Assembly (NCBI RefSeq): GCF_020745735.1
Contig: NC_083408.1
Location: 100,842,484-100,906,483 of the forward strand
Direction: 5' to 3'
Length of the DNA stretch: 64,000 nucleotides
Source of the DNA: Hemiscyllium ocellatum
Taxonomy: Eukaryota
Shown here: positions 63,516 through 64,000 of the stretch, piece after piece
Layout of the letters: each line of letters begins with the position of its first letter
Position numbering within the stretch: the first letter of the stretch is position 1
Notes under the pieces: generated by a model
The model's database searches: none
Told to the model about the DNA's origin: nothing
What the model saw: the letters and a program-made list of their open reading frames with translations, nothing else
Position numbers and translations under genes: made by a program

Positions 63516-64000
63516 TAGAGTCATAGAGATGTACAGCACAGAAACAGACCTTCGGTCCAACCCGTCCATGCCGACCAGATATCCCAACCCAATCTAGTCC
63601 CACCTGTCAGCAACCTGCCCATATCCCTCCAAACCCTTCCATATAACCATCCAAATGCCTTTTAAATGTTGCAATTGTGCCATCCTCCTCCACTTCCTCT
63701 GGCAGCTCATTCCACACAAGTACCACCCTCTGCGTGAAAAAGTTGCCCCTTAGGTCTCTTTTATATCTTTTCCCTCTCACCCTAAACCTATGCCCTCTAG
63801 TTCTGGACTCACCGACCCCAGGGAAAAGATTTTGCCTATTTACCCGATCCATGTCCCTTATAATTTTGTAAACCTCTATAAGGTCACCCCTCAGCCTCCG
63901 ACGCTCCAGGGAAAACAGCCCCAGCCTATTCAGTCTCTCCCTATACCTGAAATCCTCCAACCCTGGCAACATTCTTGCAGATCTTTTCTGAACCCTTTCA
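63516..64000 (-). mobile_element. CR1 LINE 3' end (continues past the window)
   Basis: ORF 63607-63972: ERLNRLGLFSLERRRLRGDLIEVYK...WNELPEEV. Confidence 0.9.

Overview
Eukaryotic genomic DNA, almost certainly from a cartilaginous fish (inferred from HE1/V-SINE-type SINEs, abundant CR1 LINEs and vertebrate gene order). It holds the syntenic block YLPM1 (-; coding exon 1 and part of intron 1), FCF1 (-; all 8 coding exons, 198 aa) and, across a very short bidirectional promoter, a + strand gene inferred to be AREL1. That gene's first coding exon encodes a hydrophobic leader plus a SAM-like start and is preceded by three uORFs. Most other DNA is repeats: CR1/L2 LINEs, V-SINEs, Deu-type SINEs, solo LTRs and a MITE. 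The most striking pattern is a set of Penelope-like retroelements (PLEs) from at least four families, carrying minimal hammerhead ribozymes and sharing one insertion architecture: TSD | inverted 3' end lacking its last 32-38 nt ... 3' end with that tail | TSD. The products range from ~200-bp hairpins to a 424-bp palindrome with a 1-nt spacer, and include a limiting case in which only the 33-nt tail is flipped. Two further long hairpins are not explained by PLE sequence: one is Deu-SINE-based and one is a branched ~1 kb structure in FCF1 intron 4. All calls come from reading the sequence by eye; repeat boundaries are approximate unless a TSD is given.
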